The notes: generated by a model not told the origin, from the sequence alone. A stretch of DNA of 64,000 bases from Paraphysomonas bandaiensis (GCA_965644295.1 CBFFRP010000200.1:1-64000); one strand, 5' to 3'; positions 1 through 12,708 are shown, counted from the stretch's first letter. Program-made: numbers and translations.

Positions 1-18
1 ATGCAGTCCGGTGTTGAA

Positions 19-152
19 TGAATGTCTGTAGCAATAGGTGTTTAAGAGTCGCAGCTAAATAGCATTACACTTTAGTTAAGAACTAGTCCTCAACTCTGAT
101 ATCCTACTATTAAACGCTTTGGAAGCTGCTTGTGCGTCAACACATGTAACCA
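19..152 (+). repeat. Terminal module 'A' of a dispersed TIR repeat family (duplicate at 2370-2503)
   Basis: TGAATGTCT..TAGCAATAGGTGTTTAAGAG..CTCTGATATCCTACTATT..GCTGCTTGTGCGTC is homologous to 5651-5828 (+) and, inverted, to 6581-6695, 34062-34214 and 50829-50993. Confidence 0.85.
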
Positions 153-1069
153 CCTTTGCTCTACCTTCAACAAAGTAAGACTCGCACCTTTTCGTGGTGT
201 TCACATACACAACGACGACGAAAAAATTCAATTTTCTTTCTATTCGTCTAACATTCCGCTATCGCTTCCTATTGACGCTCTCTGTAAACAGAGCTTGAAA
301 GTTATATAAAATATTAAGTAAAAATTATTAAATTAAATTATATAAGAAAATAATAAAGTAAGATAATTAAAAACCCTCTTTTAGAATTACCCTTAAATAT
401 AAAATTAAAAATACAATAGAATTATTTCTATGGGTATATTATGTGTATTTAAAAGGTTTTGAAAGAAAAAATCATAGCAAGATTATTGGAAGTAGTAGAA
501 CAATATATATATAACTAAAGAAAAGTGATGTAGCAGTATTTTTGTCGCAGTATTGCATTTGTTAGTTCGAAGTCGTTGAGAAAATATAAAAAAAAATATT
601 ATTATATAATTTAAAAAATATATATATACAATTAATAAAATGGTTTAAATAAATATTTTATAAATAATATATTATATACTATTATATGAGTTGTAATTTA
701 GAATTGAAGAAATTTAAAAAAAAACTTTCTCTGAATGATGCTAAAAAATACATAAAAAGAAGCATTGCATACCATTGAATACAGAAGATCATGCATTATT
801 TTATGAAATGATAACCCGGAAATACAAATTTAGACTAAACCATAGTCTCTGTAGCCGTGCTAAAATAAAAATGTGAAAGACTGAAATAATGTCGATTTCA
901 AACATAGTATAACTGTAATAAAAACAGTCAAATCATATAATATATTGCGTGAACCACACTTTACATATATTGCAGTGTTGAGTCAGCGAATAGTAGGGCA
1001 AATTAATGTGCTTGTAAGTTCATTTTATATTCTTCATTCACTCTTATATAGTTTAACATACAAATCAGG

Positions 1070-1690
1070 TTCTCTTTGCAACGATGATGATGCCACAAGA
1101 ACCTCAGAGCGTGATCAGGAAATATAGATCACAGGGCGTTAGACATCAATTGATTTGTTGTGGCCATTGAGTCATTCCATCAGCCTTTTAATCGGTTGAT
1201 ACAGATCGATACACTACGTTCAATATCCTCAAGATATTCTTGTGTTTTGTTGCACAGGATATTGATTCTGCAGCTGAGACGTGAGATATAACTGTGGATC
1301 AGTAATTTTGCTTTCGTTGTGTTCTATATATAATAAGATTCTTGCAATATATGGATTCGAATTTATGGAGAACTCATACATGCTGGACATGTGGTTGCAT
1401 GATGCGATAGCTGATCTAGGAGAGTCTATACCTGTCAGTGCTGCTGTTATGGAACACTATAGAGGGAAAAATTATCCACTCCTTTAATTCTACACGAATG
1501 GGTAGAGCACTGTTCTTGTATTCGACTCGTATTATCTTGAAGACGCTGCAACAGAGGGACTTGGAAGGAAGAAAGAGTAAAATTCGCAGCTGTGAATCCA
1601 CGCACTCACTAGTGAAGGTGTCAATATACGAGGACAGGGGAATCAACGGTGGAATCATTCTGATGCTCTATCTAAGGAAACTATAGCAAG
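1070..1690 (+). pseudogene. Decayed piggyBac-like (DDE_Tnp_1_7) transposase remnant (duplicate at 3421-4041)
   Basis: Broken frames contain DITVDQ, NSYMLDMWLH..GESIPVSAAV and TVLVFDSYY. These fall in the same order as the piggyBac motifs (TIDE..., KYMINGMPY..GVPLGEYYV.., ITCDNWF). Stops and frameshifts are present. Confidence 0.4.
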
Positions 1691-2079
1691 AAAGTCCGAT
1701 TATTACATGAGAACGGTTGTGTACAGACACTAGTTTTACATCTATAGATTAACTGGACTTGCTATATATATATATATATATATACTACTAGTGGCGGGCA
1801 ACCATCTCGGGACTGCTTGTGCATCGCTGCTCAGTGGAAAACCTCAAAGTCAGAAGAAAAGAAAACGTACGACGAAAAAGACCTATGTTGCACCTGCTCC
1901 CTCTGAAGTCTGAAGTATATTTTAAACTCTTTGTTTCGAATCATAGTGCACGAATTTCTTGATTAGCTTGTACTCATGTATATATTTCATTTATATACGT
2001 TTGCTTGAAATAGTTTTACCCCTGTACACGTGTTGTTAGTATGAATAGATGAAGTAATACTCAGTTGTTGTTAACGGAG

Positions 2080-2368
2080 TTGTTCTAAATTTTGTTTGTG
2101 AGTTTCGCCCTGCTCGTGCGTCTTTGACTCACTAGCGCGTGTTGCCTGGGGGTCTTCCCTTAGGATACGGCTCCACCAGGCTCTGTGGGACAGGGTTTTG
2201 CATTAAGGTCCGAATTGTACCGAGTACTAGATGTGTGTTCTGTGAGGTGAGTGGAGTGGTGGAAGGTGTCGGTATTTCCTTGCATCGCTTGGGCATCAGG
2301 CATAGGTGTAGTTGCCGGAGACGGCGTCTTTGTCGAGGACCAGATGTTTTCATGCAGTCCGGTGTTGA
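2080..2368. repeat. GC-rich cargo module of the A-TIR family
   Basis: Homologous to 5835-6385 (GGGGGTCTTCCCTT..CAGGGTT..TAAGGTCC..GTACCGAGT). A diverged relative lies at 4200-4580. Confidence 0.75.
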
Positions 2369-2554
2369 ATGAATGTCTGTAGCAATAGGTGTTTAAGAGT
2401 CGCAGCTAAATAGCATTACACTTTAGTTAAGAACTAGTCCTCAACTCTGATATCCTACTATTAAACGCTTTGGAAGCTGCTTGTGCGTCAACACATGTAA
2501 CCACCTTTGCTCTACCTTCAACAAAGTAAGACTCGCACCTTTTCGTGGTGTTCA

Positions 2555-5343
2555 CATACACAACGACGACGAAAAAATTCAATTTTCTTTCTATTCATCT
2601 AACATTCCGCTATCGCTTCCTATTGACGCTCTCTGTAAACAGAGCTTGAAAGTTATATAAAATATTAAGTAAAAATTATTAAATTAAATTATATAAGAAA
2701 ATAATAAAGTAAGATAATTAAAAACCCTCTTTTAGAATTACCCTTAAATATAAAATTAAAAATACAATAGAATTATTTCTATGGGTATATTATGTGTATT
2801 TAAAAGGTTTTGAAAGAAAAAATCATAGCAAGATTATTGGAAGTAGTAGAACAATATATATATAACTAAAGAAAAGTGATGTAGCAGTATTTTTGTCGCA
2901 GTATTGCATTTGTTAGTTCGAAGTCGTTGAGAAAATATAAAAAAAAATATTATTATATAATTTAAAAAATATATATATACAATTAATAAAATGGTTTAAA
3001 TAAATATTTTATAAATAATATATTATATACTATTATATGAGTTGTAATTTAGAATTGAAGAAATTAAAAAAAAAACTTTCTCTGAATGATGCTAAAAAAT
3101 ACATAAAAAGAAGCATTGCATACCATTGAATACAGAAGATCATGCATTATTTTATGAAATGATAACCCGGAAATACAAATTTAGACTAAACCATAGTCTC
3201 TGTAGCCGTGCTAAAATAAAAATGTGAAAGACTGAAATAATGTCGATTTCAAACATAGTATAACTGTAATAAAAACAGTCAAATCATATAATATATTGCG
3301 TGAACCACACTTTACATATATTGCAGTGTTGAGTCAGCGAATAGTAGGGCAAATTAATGTGCTTGTAAGTTCATTTTATATTCTTCATTCACTCTTATAT
3401 AGTTTAACATACAAATCAGGTTCTCTTTGCAACGATGATGATGCCACAAGAACCTCAGAGCGTGATCAGGAAATATAGATCACAGGGCGTTAGACATCAA
3501 TTGATTTGTTGTGGCCATTGAGTCATTCCATCAGCCTTTTAATCGGTTGATACAGATCGATACACTACGTTCAATATCCTCAAGATATTCTTGTGTTTTG
3601 TTGCACAGGATATTGATTCTGCAGCTGAGACGTGAGATATAACTGTGGATCAGTAATTTTGCTTTCGTTGTGTTCTATATATAATAAGATTCTTGCAATA
3701 TATGGATTCGAATTTATGGAGAACTCATACATGCTGGACATGTGGTTGCATGATGCGATAGCTGATCTAGGAGAGTCTATACCTGTCAGTGCTGCTGTTA
3801 TGGAACACTATAGAGGGAAAAATTATCCACTCCTTTAATTCTACACGAATGGGTAGAGCACTGTTCTTGTATTCGACTCGTATTATCTTGATGACGCTGC
3901 AACAGAGGGACTTGGAAGGAAGAAAGAGTAAAATTCGCAGCTGTGAATCCACGCACTCACTAGTGAAGGTGTCAATATACGAGGACAGGGGAATCAACGG
4001 TGGAATCATTCTGATGCTCTATCTAAGGAAACTATAGCAAGAAAGTCCGATTATTACATGAGAACGGTTGTGTACAGACACTAGTTTTACATCTATAGAT
4101 TAACTGGACTTGCTATATATATATATATATATATACTACTAGTGGCGGGCAACCATCTCGGGACTGCTTGTGCATCGCTGCGAGCACCATGGTGCAACCG
4201 TCCCATTCATGTAGTAGTGAGGTTAGTCGGGGGGTCTACCTTTGGGCAATGTTTCTGGCGGGCCGCCTGTGCTATGGGTTATGTGAGGGGTGAATGGGGC
4301 GAGATGTAAACGAGAGTGCAAGTCGGTGGTGGAGACGGTGCTGGCCACAAGTAAGGAGGAGTTGTAAGGAGTTGTTACCGGCCGGAGTGGTTGCGCTTGC
4401 CTCTCTGTCGGGTTCGGACTCTTGCAGAGGGTAGAATTCTTGGAGTGGATGTCACCTGCTGGAGTAGCTGGAGTATTTTTGGTGTCGGGTGAGTATCCTG
4501 GGACTGACTTTGCTGTGAGTGTGTCGGTGTCGAAACCGGTGTTACTGGTGTCGTGTCTGAGTCCCTATTTCGAAGCATGCGGAAACTATTGAATATAGCG
4601 GTACAGTGATTGCTTTTTACTCAGTGTTTTCTAATAATTCAATTTTATAATTAGATAGAGACTATATGGCTACAGACTATGGTATATTGTAAATACTGAA
4701 AAAATTAACAATTTCAAAAGTTTCTCTAAATAGTTTTCCAAAACAGTTTTAAGCATATGGTAAATATACACGACTATGATAAAATATTAACCCCAGTGTA
4801 AATGAACTAGTGTTGTATGAGAATAGACTTAACCTATGCTCTAAAATACCACAATCAAAGTCTTAACCGTCGTTATATCAGATAAACATAGAAAGTATGC
4901 AGAATTATAAATGTTGATACAACAAGTTTGGTGATAAAAAATAATAAAATACCAGAAGAAAGAAAGAGGAAAGTAAGAGACCTCATTACATATATATAGA
5001 GAGAGACATTTTCAACAACACAAAAGTATACATCAAAAAAGAAGTTAGAAAGTTGGAAAAGTAAATTAATAGTATAAAATATATAAAATGTTTTAAAAAA
5101 TATTATATAATTATATAATATATTATTATGTATTATTATGAGTAATAATTATTGTACAAAAAAACACGGAATTAAAAACAAAAAAAGGCATTGTTCATCA
5201 ATCAACAACACAGTTTAAACCTAATCCCATCAAAACGATAAACATAAATAAAATAAAACAAAAATTATAGAAATGAAATAAAAGATAAATGAAATGAAAT
5301 AAATGAAATTAAATTGATTTTTGTTTCGTCGTCGTCGTGTGTG
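2555..5343. mobile_element. AT-rich TIR DNA transposon remnant (element 'C') inserted into repeat module B; left arm also at 204
   Basis: The left end CATACACAACGACGACGAAAAAATTCAATTT matches the reverse complement of the right end, CACACACGACGACGACGAAACAAAAATCAATTT. Module B (TTTTCGTGGTGTTC|..GGGGATAAGTA) is split exactly at these ends. Confidence 0.6.
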
Positions 5344-5650
5344 TTATTCTCGGGGATAAGTAACGGAGGTAGTTTGCTGCCCACTTATATAGGCAAATGC
5401 TTGTATGACAAAAGGCACAAGGGACACTAATATAAGTGTCATTTGTGTAGACGACTTAGGACCATGACGAATAAACAATAAACAGATATCCGGAAATGGG
5501 CCCACCTCAATGGCATCCTGGGTATTGGGCTGCCTACTGAGCCAAGCATCCGTGCTATTCACCTTTAGAACTCAATAATCCTGTAGTCCGCAGATGTCAG
5601 GTATATCAACATTCTGCTTGCTCACTGCGTTTGGTTTGAGTGATACCTAT

Positions 5651-6695
5651 TGAAAGTCTTATTATCTAGCAATAGGTGTTATAAATCTGCATCAATGTAG
5701 TGGCTAGTTGAATGCTAGACAGACTATTTAGACATCTACTGATAACTAATCAGCAAAAACTCTATTATCTTACTATTTAGCGCTACAGAAACTGCTTGTG
5801 CGTCGCCGCAAGCACCAAGGTGCGACCACTTCCGTTCTTAATGTTGATTGTGAGGTTCGCCGTGATCATGTGTCCCAGGATTCACTGGCGCGTGTGATCA
5901 GGGGGTCTTCCCTTGGTATGAGATTCCACTGGGTTTGTGGAGGTTAACAGAAGTTGACATTATTTGCTAAGGTTTACTATTCTCAAATGATAAGATGAAA
6001 ATTATAAACATTACATGATAAAGAACCTAAGTTGTGTTCGATGTGTTCAACACCATTCATTTACTACTATAGTGATCGTATCCTGTATAGTCACCCACTT
6101 CTACTTCAGTTTCATACTACACAATATAATGTACTAATTACATATATATCTTTCGATCCTTGCATCTCACATAATACTGCACTCAATTGCAAGTATATAG
6201 AATCTTCAGATCTCAACAGAGGTACAGGGTTCTGTAGTAAGGTCCTGAGTGTACCGAGTGCTAGGTGTGTGGGCTGAGAGGTGGGTGGAGAATTGGAATG
6301 TGGCGCTGTCTCAGTGCACCGTTTGGCCTCGTGCATAGGTAAAGTTGTCGGAGACAGCATCGTTGTCGAGGGCCTGACGTTTCTTGCGGGACGGTGATAT
6401 GTTCCTGTGGGTATGATTGGTGGGGTTCGTGTGTGCGGTGGGCGGCGGTCCAGTCTCGGGTCGTCTGCTGACACCTAGCAATCGTAGCACCCTTGGCGTT
6501 TTCATGGCTGCCTACGTTTCTGAAGCGGTCGCGGGAGTAGCCTAGGGGCCTAGGGGGTCCTTTGTGTTTGCGTGATAAAATGATTGCACCTTGGTGCTTT
6601 CGGTGACGCACAAGCAGCTTTCGTAGCGTTAAATAGTATGATATCAGAGTTAAATGCTCACTCTTAAACCCCTATTGCTAGTGATAAGACATTCA
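5651..6695. mobile_element. Non-autonomous TIR element A-[GC cargo]-A'
   Basis: It starts TGAAAGTCTTATTATCTAGCAATAGG and ends CCTATTGCTAGTGATAAGACATTCA, with inverted arms of about 115-180 bp. The flanks CTAT/CTAC could be a 4-bp TSD with one mismatch. Confidence 0.65.
5945..6218 (-). mobile_element. Solo LTR-like insertion (274 bp) with a 5-bp TSD GAGGT
   Basis: It interrupts the GC module; the uninterrupted version is near 2185. GAGGT occurs at 5940-5944 and 6219-6223. The minus-strand ends are TGTTG...TGTTA. A second, diverged copy lies at ~62180-62502. Confidence 0.75.
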
Positions 6696-6940
6696 CTACT
6701 AAGCAGATTTGAAGGCATACTTGATTTCATGAAAGTAAGGTGTCACCATGGTGAATAAGATGTGGGAAATTACTCTATCATCTTTTGACAAGTGTTTATA
6801 AAATGCGGACTGGATACATGACAGAGTAGTGGGGAGTTATATTTCCAAATTATATTAATTATAAGCTTGGCCTCATAAAACCACAAAATGTCAAATTATT
6901 CTCCACGTACTACTATGCTAATTCACAGGTAAGTCACAAG

Positions 6941-9900
6941 CTAAGACTTTGAAGCCGCATCTATAATGTGCATGACAGCTGGCTGATCTTGAAGGCTACC
7001 ATGTGCAGAAGAGAAAACTTCACGATATTGTTCATTTGATGATAAGTACTTGATACATGATATGACGATAACTTTCGTTTCATCTGTGTACTGCGAACCA
7101 TCTTCTAAAGCTTGTGCAAACGCCACCAGAATGCGAGGAAGTAACGAAAGGGCGTCAGGATTTTGATCCTTCACAAGGCCAGCTAAACACGTATATATAG
7201 ATAACCCTTCACCAAAGTCTGAACGAAGAGGAAGGGCAGAAATTAGCACTGGCAGTACCTGCCCTAAAGGGACGGCAGACGGGGCTGCCATAATCATCCT
7301 TGCCACAGCGGCCAAAGCGTTGTCAATGTCAGCACCACCAACATCTGAAACTACCTCTGTAGACTCTCTCACACAAAGCGGGTAAATCCATTGCAATATT
7401 TGCAAAATAGAAGGGGATAACTGATCCATTGCGTTCTCACACAAAACACCAAGTGCATAAGCAGAATTCCGTCTAACATTTTCCATTGAATCCGCAACAC
7501 CGGCTCGTACGACTGGAAGAAGAGTTTCTGCATACATCGCTCCAGCTGATGGGCCAACTGCAGACACAACTTCCGCAAAACATCCAATTGCCATTGCTCG
7601 GTCTGTATACGAGCGATTCTTTTTCGTAAATTTCAACAATGGTTTCGCAAATTGCTCGAAATATGGCAAAAAGTCTGCACCTACAACCTTCGCTAGGGTT
7701 GCTACTAAATCACACACAGCATCCATGACAAGGTTGTCATGGTCTTGATCATCATCCTCTTCTTCATGCTGAAATACTGTTTGACACTTTGCCTTTTCCT
7801 TGAGAAGAGCAAGAATATTGTGCATAATGAGGTCACCATAGGTACGTTTGCTTTCTTCCTCAACCAACGTCAAACACGCAACTCCAAGCAGACCGACACA
7901 GCTCTCTAGCCCCTCAATCGCATACGCAGCAGGAAGCTTCTCGACGTCAGATACCATAGCGTTAATGTAAGTTGAGAACACTGCTTCCGATACACGCTTA
8001 GTGACAGGGTCAATCTGAACAAGTTTTCCTTTGGCTGGCGGCTCTACCATTCCATTTGACAGGCATGATACCTTTAAAAAGTACTGCAAATTGAGCAATG
8101 CCTCTGCTCTAATAATTCTATGAAAGCTCCACAAAACTCCGTTTTGTTCAGCGAGCATAACATTTAGTGTGTCCTCCAAGTAAGGAAAGAAGGCGGCACC
8201 AGTGTGATCAGCCAATGAACCAATAGCGCAGATCGCCGCTTTCTTGGTGTTGATGAACCCTTCATCAACCGTCAAGTGGTAGTTTTCTTCTCCGCCCTCA
8301 TCTTCCTCATCGTCGTTCAACGAGTCAAGAGTGTCAGGCTCAGCAGTATACGGAGAGAGCTCTGGCTGACGAATAACGTCAAGTAAATGCGGTACCAAAT
8401 GTGAAAGGTATTGATCAAATACATTTTTCATGACCTTGGCACAGTTTGCAATGTACGTGTAAGAGTATTCTTTTAACTCGTCCTCATCAATCTGAACTCC
8501 TTGCATCGTCGATTGCATACCCATTTCGAAGTATGGAGCGAAGTGCTCACCACCGAGAGCAACAGCGATATGACCCAGACACTCTAACGCCCGTCCACGA
8601 ATACTGAACTGCATCGGCTCACTTGAAAATAGGACAGGTTTCAAAACCTCCACAATGGCCTGAGACAGCATTCCATTAAACAACATGAAAATACAGCAGT
8701 TCTAATAAGAAGTAGTGCACATAAAATCTCAGCAAGAACGCAGCGTGTGCATCGTCACGGTTGTCAGATACAACGATTCGCATTTTCATCACAGATTGTC
8801 GACGAAAGACTCTCACTAAATAGTACTTACATTCGCATATGGCAAAAAGTGTATTTCAGATGCCACTGCTGTAGCAGATATAGCCGCAAGAGCCATTTCC
8901 TGTGTCGACTTCTTCGGGTTGTGCAGAAGGCGTATCAGACGCTCCATCAGCATAGGAAGAAACGGAAGCAGAGTCTGCGACTGCAGATTCTCACAGAAAT
9001 TTTCTAGCACGTAACAGCTGGTACCCTGAACCGTATTGCGAGGGTCATCCAGCGCAGCAAATACAACTGGGAGTATGGCCTGATGGTGGTAAAGGATCTC
9101 TGGCTGACAGTGTTCGGAAAACTGACCAAGAGCAAAGCAGGCGCTTTCTCTGACAAAATACTCTGCGTCCTGCACCGCATGAAGTAATCTAGGAAGAATA
9201 GCTGGTAGCATCTCTTTTATGGCATCGCAACACCCTTCAGAAATGATTCCAAGGACTGCACACCCTGCCTTGCGCATATTTTTATCAGCTGATTCCATAC
9301 ACTGAGAGCATATATTCAGCGCTGGGCCGACAAATGCTTTTGATGAAATGCTCAGGGCCATGCGGTCTAAACACATTTGGGCAATTTCCTGGGACTCCAT
9401 AGCAAGAGTGTAATCCTCATCGTCGTCATCGTCCTCCTCCTCCAGGGGCCTGTTTCGTGTCGTAAAGAGAGTACCAGCACCAGAGCAGTCGGATTTAGCA
9501 ATCGCCTCGACAAATACTTGCAGGATCGGCTCAACCATATTTAGCTTCGAGAGCAGTTTCGGACGCAGTTCAATAATGCTCATTATTGTCTGACCAGCTG
9601 CACTTCGGGTAGAAGACTCTAAGTCAAAGTTGCCCATAATGGAGATGGTGAAAGGTACAATGTACTGCAATTCACACTCATATAAGCTGGCATAGACTAG
9701 CAAACACCCACCTGAACATGGTCGTTAATGAGAGGGAGGTCCATGGCCACAGACTCCTGAAGCATTTCAAGTCCTTCAGTGACGACTTCCTCATCTCCCG
9801 TCTGCAGACACTTTTGCATGACCTCTAGTAAAGGGGAGAGTACACCTTTTAAGTGCATAACTTCTTCAGAGTCAGAGAGAGCTCCTGCTCATAAAACTAT

Positions 9901-10615
9901 TACCATTATAGTAGAATTAAAACCTATGAACTAACCAATAAAAACGGTAGCCGCGCTCATGGCTGCCACAGCTACGTCATGTGACGCATCGCCACATCCG
10001 GCAAGAATCATATCAGAAATGGTTTTAGTGTGCGGCTTCAGAAAGTCTGATACAGATTCGGTCTCTGCGAGCTGTACTTCGTCAGAAAAAGCAAGATATA
10101 CACCGATTTACAAACCTGTCCTAATAAACTGAAACACAACGCCCTCATGTTTGTTTCTTGATGTTGCATAAGCTGTACAAGTAGTGTAAACAATTCGGGC
10201 CAGTCGTTTTCAGTTGAAAACACATTCTTTGCTAGTGTTGCAATCACGCCAGCTATAGCCGTTCGAACTACCTTCTCTGGCTCTGACACAACGATGCGAA
10301 GAAGTAAACTTTTTATTTCTGCTTTGTTTTCATCTTTGCATTTAAAGTAGAGAGAATTAATGCTGCACTTCAAGTAAGCAAAACACTCTGACAGAGAACT
10401 GATATTTCTCACCGTCTTTTAAGAATTAGAGCCGACATATGGCGAACGTTTACATTACTGGAGTGTTCGAGTTGACGAAATAAGAGTGGAATGCATTGAG
10501 GATTTTTTAAAAAAGGTTTTAAAATGGATTCTGCTTGTCTGATTATCTCTGTGTTGTTGGCTCCCAGGGCTTCCAGCACCTGTTCCAGCTGATGAGCATC
10601 AGTTAAATCCGTCAT
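6941..10615 (-). CDS. IPO4: Importin-4 (karyopherin-beta, HEAT repeats), 6 exons
   Basis: N-terminal IBN_N-like segment (IRQAESIL..VRHMSALILKRRI), DWPELF, VRESACFALGQFSEH, acidic loops, VRRNSAYALG and DNALAAVARM. GT-AG introns at 10363-10412, 10072-10115, 9885-9935, 9665-9711 and 8660-8830 keep the frame. Confidence 0.9.
8725..8797 (-). ncRNA. Intronic box C/D snoRNA, predicted 2'-O-methylation guide for 5.8S rRNA
   Basis: On the minus strand: terminal stem AATCT/AGATT, box C GTGATGA (8786-8792), D' CTGA (8764-8767), C' GTGACGA (8752-8758) and D CTGA (8729-8732). The guide CGCTGCGTTCTT is the reverse complement of 5.8S AAGAACGCAGCG. It lies in the 171-bp intron of IPO4. Confidence 0.85.
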
Positions 10616-11091
10616 GCTTCTGGAGGTCTCCGGGTTATAATACCACTATGTTGACAACTGCTTATGTATAGCTGTCACCCAGTGTAAGTATATAACTATG
10701 ACAACAAGATCGATGTGATGGTGGAGAGATTTGTGGCCTATGAGTGTATGAGTGTATGAGTGGCTGAGGGGCGTGAAAAAACAGCGAATGGACACGCGAA
10801 GATGAATGACAAACTACAGTGTAATACAGTGTAATACAAAGTACTATAAGAGATTTGTCGGAATGAGTGGTGAGAAAGGATTCACTAATTTTAATGCATC
10901 AAAATCTTATGTCTACGCCAAAAATATACTTTTTATTAAAAATCCATGATATTATGGAAGCTCACTTGTAGGCACAAAAATAAGATGGACAGGAGTGCAT
11001 GATACTAAACAGCACAGTTCAGATTGATAATTCACACAACTCCAATCCAATCAAGACCAAGCTTTGTACAATATATTCAGATTACTGTGAT

Positions 11092-12708
11092 ATGGGACGC
11101 GGAAAATTCAAGGGTTCATGGTCAAAAAAAAGGAAGTCAGATGCGACTGATGAGGCGGAGACAGACGACAGGAAGGAGTTCACTGAAGTACACGGTGGAA
11201 GTTTTTCTCTTGAAGAGGTGAAGGCCATGGATGAGTATAAGAACAGAATTGAACATGATTCTGCCCCGAAGAGGAAGTATGCAATTGCTTTGGGCTACTG
11301 TGGTTCGAATTATCAAGGTACATATTGATAAATTGTACCGATTTTGTCACTTATGTTTTCTCTGAAAGGTTTGCAGACCAATCCAGGAGCCATCACAGTT
11401 GAAAGTGTACTGGAGCGGGCACTTCTTTTGTGCGGTGGTATTCAAGAGCATAATTTCGGTAATCTACAGAAAATATCATGGACGCGAGCAGCGCGAACTG
11501 ATAGGGGGGTACATGCCATCGGCCAGTGCTGCTCCATGAAGCTCACTGTTCCCATCGGAATGGAGGCACGTTTCATTGAAGACCTCAATAAGTTTCTTCC
11601 CTCTGACATTCGAGCCCTTGCTCTTACACGTACTACTAAGAGCTTTAACGCTAGAATTCACTGTTCTCACCGTCGGTATCAGTACCTCCTACCGACCTAT
11701 ATGCTTGAGAATGAAGGTGTAGTCGCGCAATTACTGTCGGCAGAACGCGAGAAACAGGGGCCTGTACTTGATGCAGGACGCGGGGGCCGATACGCCGAGC
11801 CAAATTCTCGAGAGTTTCTTGCTCCTGAGGGCTTGCGCGCTGTGCGGTCTGCCCTGCTCGGGTACCGCCTCCCTGCAGTGAAGTTGCAGGCGCTGAAGGA
11901 TGCCCTTAAAAAGTACGAGGGTACTCACAGCTATCACAATTTTACTTCCTCAAAGGTGACCGGTACCTCCTCAGAGAGTAGTTTGCACCGATATATGATG
12001 GAGATATCAGTTACCGATCCTTATGTAGTTGATGAGGGAGTCGGACAGGGTATAGAATGGGTCAGGATATCTATACTAGGACAAAGCTTCCTACTAAACC
12101 AGGTAAGTACACTGGCTATGTAATGTACATATGTAATTGCATGTTGTTGATTTGCTGTACCATTAGATCAGGAAAATGGTTGGTCTTGCTGTTGATATGG
12201 TGAGAAAAGAGTGTTCCGATCTCAGTGTGATGGACAGATGCCTGTCACCGTCAAATAAAGTAGACGTCCCAATGGTGCCAGGCCTGGGACTATACCTGGA
12301 CGAGTTGCATTTCGACAAATATAACATCAAGATTGGTTTTGAAGAAGAGAAAGCGGAGAGATCAAAAAAGCGGAAAGTGGAGAAAGAGTCTGCGGCTCCT
12401 GTCGAGGAGACCGAAGAGTGTGTGGAAGACACAAGCTACTCTGTGCGTAAAATATTTTCCATTGCTGCCTCACTTATTATTTTTCAGACTGTTGGAAAGC
12501 TGGATTGGACATCTGACCCATCACTACAACCTGCTTTTGATAGATTTCGCCAGGAAGTGCTATGGCCACATATGTATGCGCAGGTATTGTGCGATGCTAC
12601 CCACTTGCTAAGCTAACGTAGTTGTTGCAGGAACACGACGCTCTTGATTTCTTGTACTATTTGGACTATTTAAGAGTGTCAAACTTCAGCTATATACCTA
12701 AAGAGTAG
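11092..12708 (+). CDS. PUS1: tRNA pseudouridine synthase, TruA/PUS1 family
   Basis: Motifs LGYCGSNYQGLQ, catalytic ARTDRGVHA, YEGTHSYHNFT, GQSFLLNQIRKMVG and PGLGLYL. Introns at about 11318-11368, 12103-12167, 12443-12487 and 12584-12630. Confidence 0.9.

Larger units (their letters stand above)
1..4181 (+). repeat. Near-identical direct duplication: 1-1830 = 2352-4181 (period 2351 bp)
   Basis: The sequences match base for base apart from about 3 substitutions I could see (near 246, 714, 1541). The ORF track is duplicated at an offset of 2351. The copies diverge after ...gcatcgctgc (1830/4181). The first copy may continue upstream of the window. Confidence 0.95.

Noticed and set aside
300-900. 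AT-rich arms as virophage/Polinton terminal repeats
   Set aside because: There is no polymerase, capsid, ATPase or integrase ORF, and the internal remnant fits a cut-and-paste transposase better.
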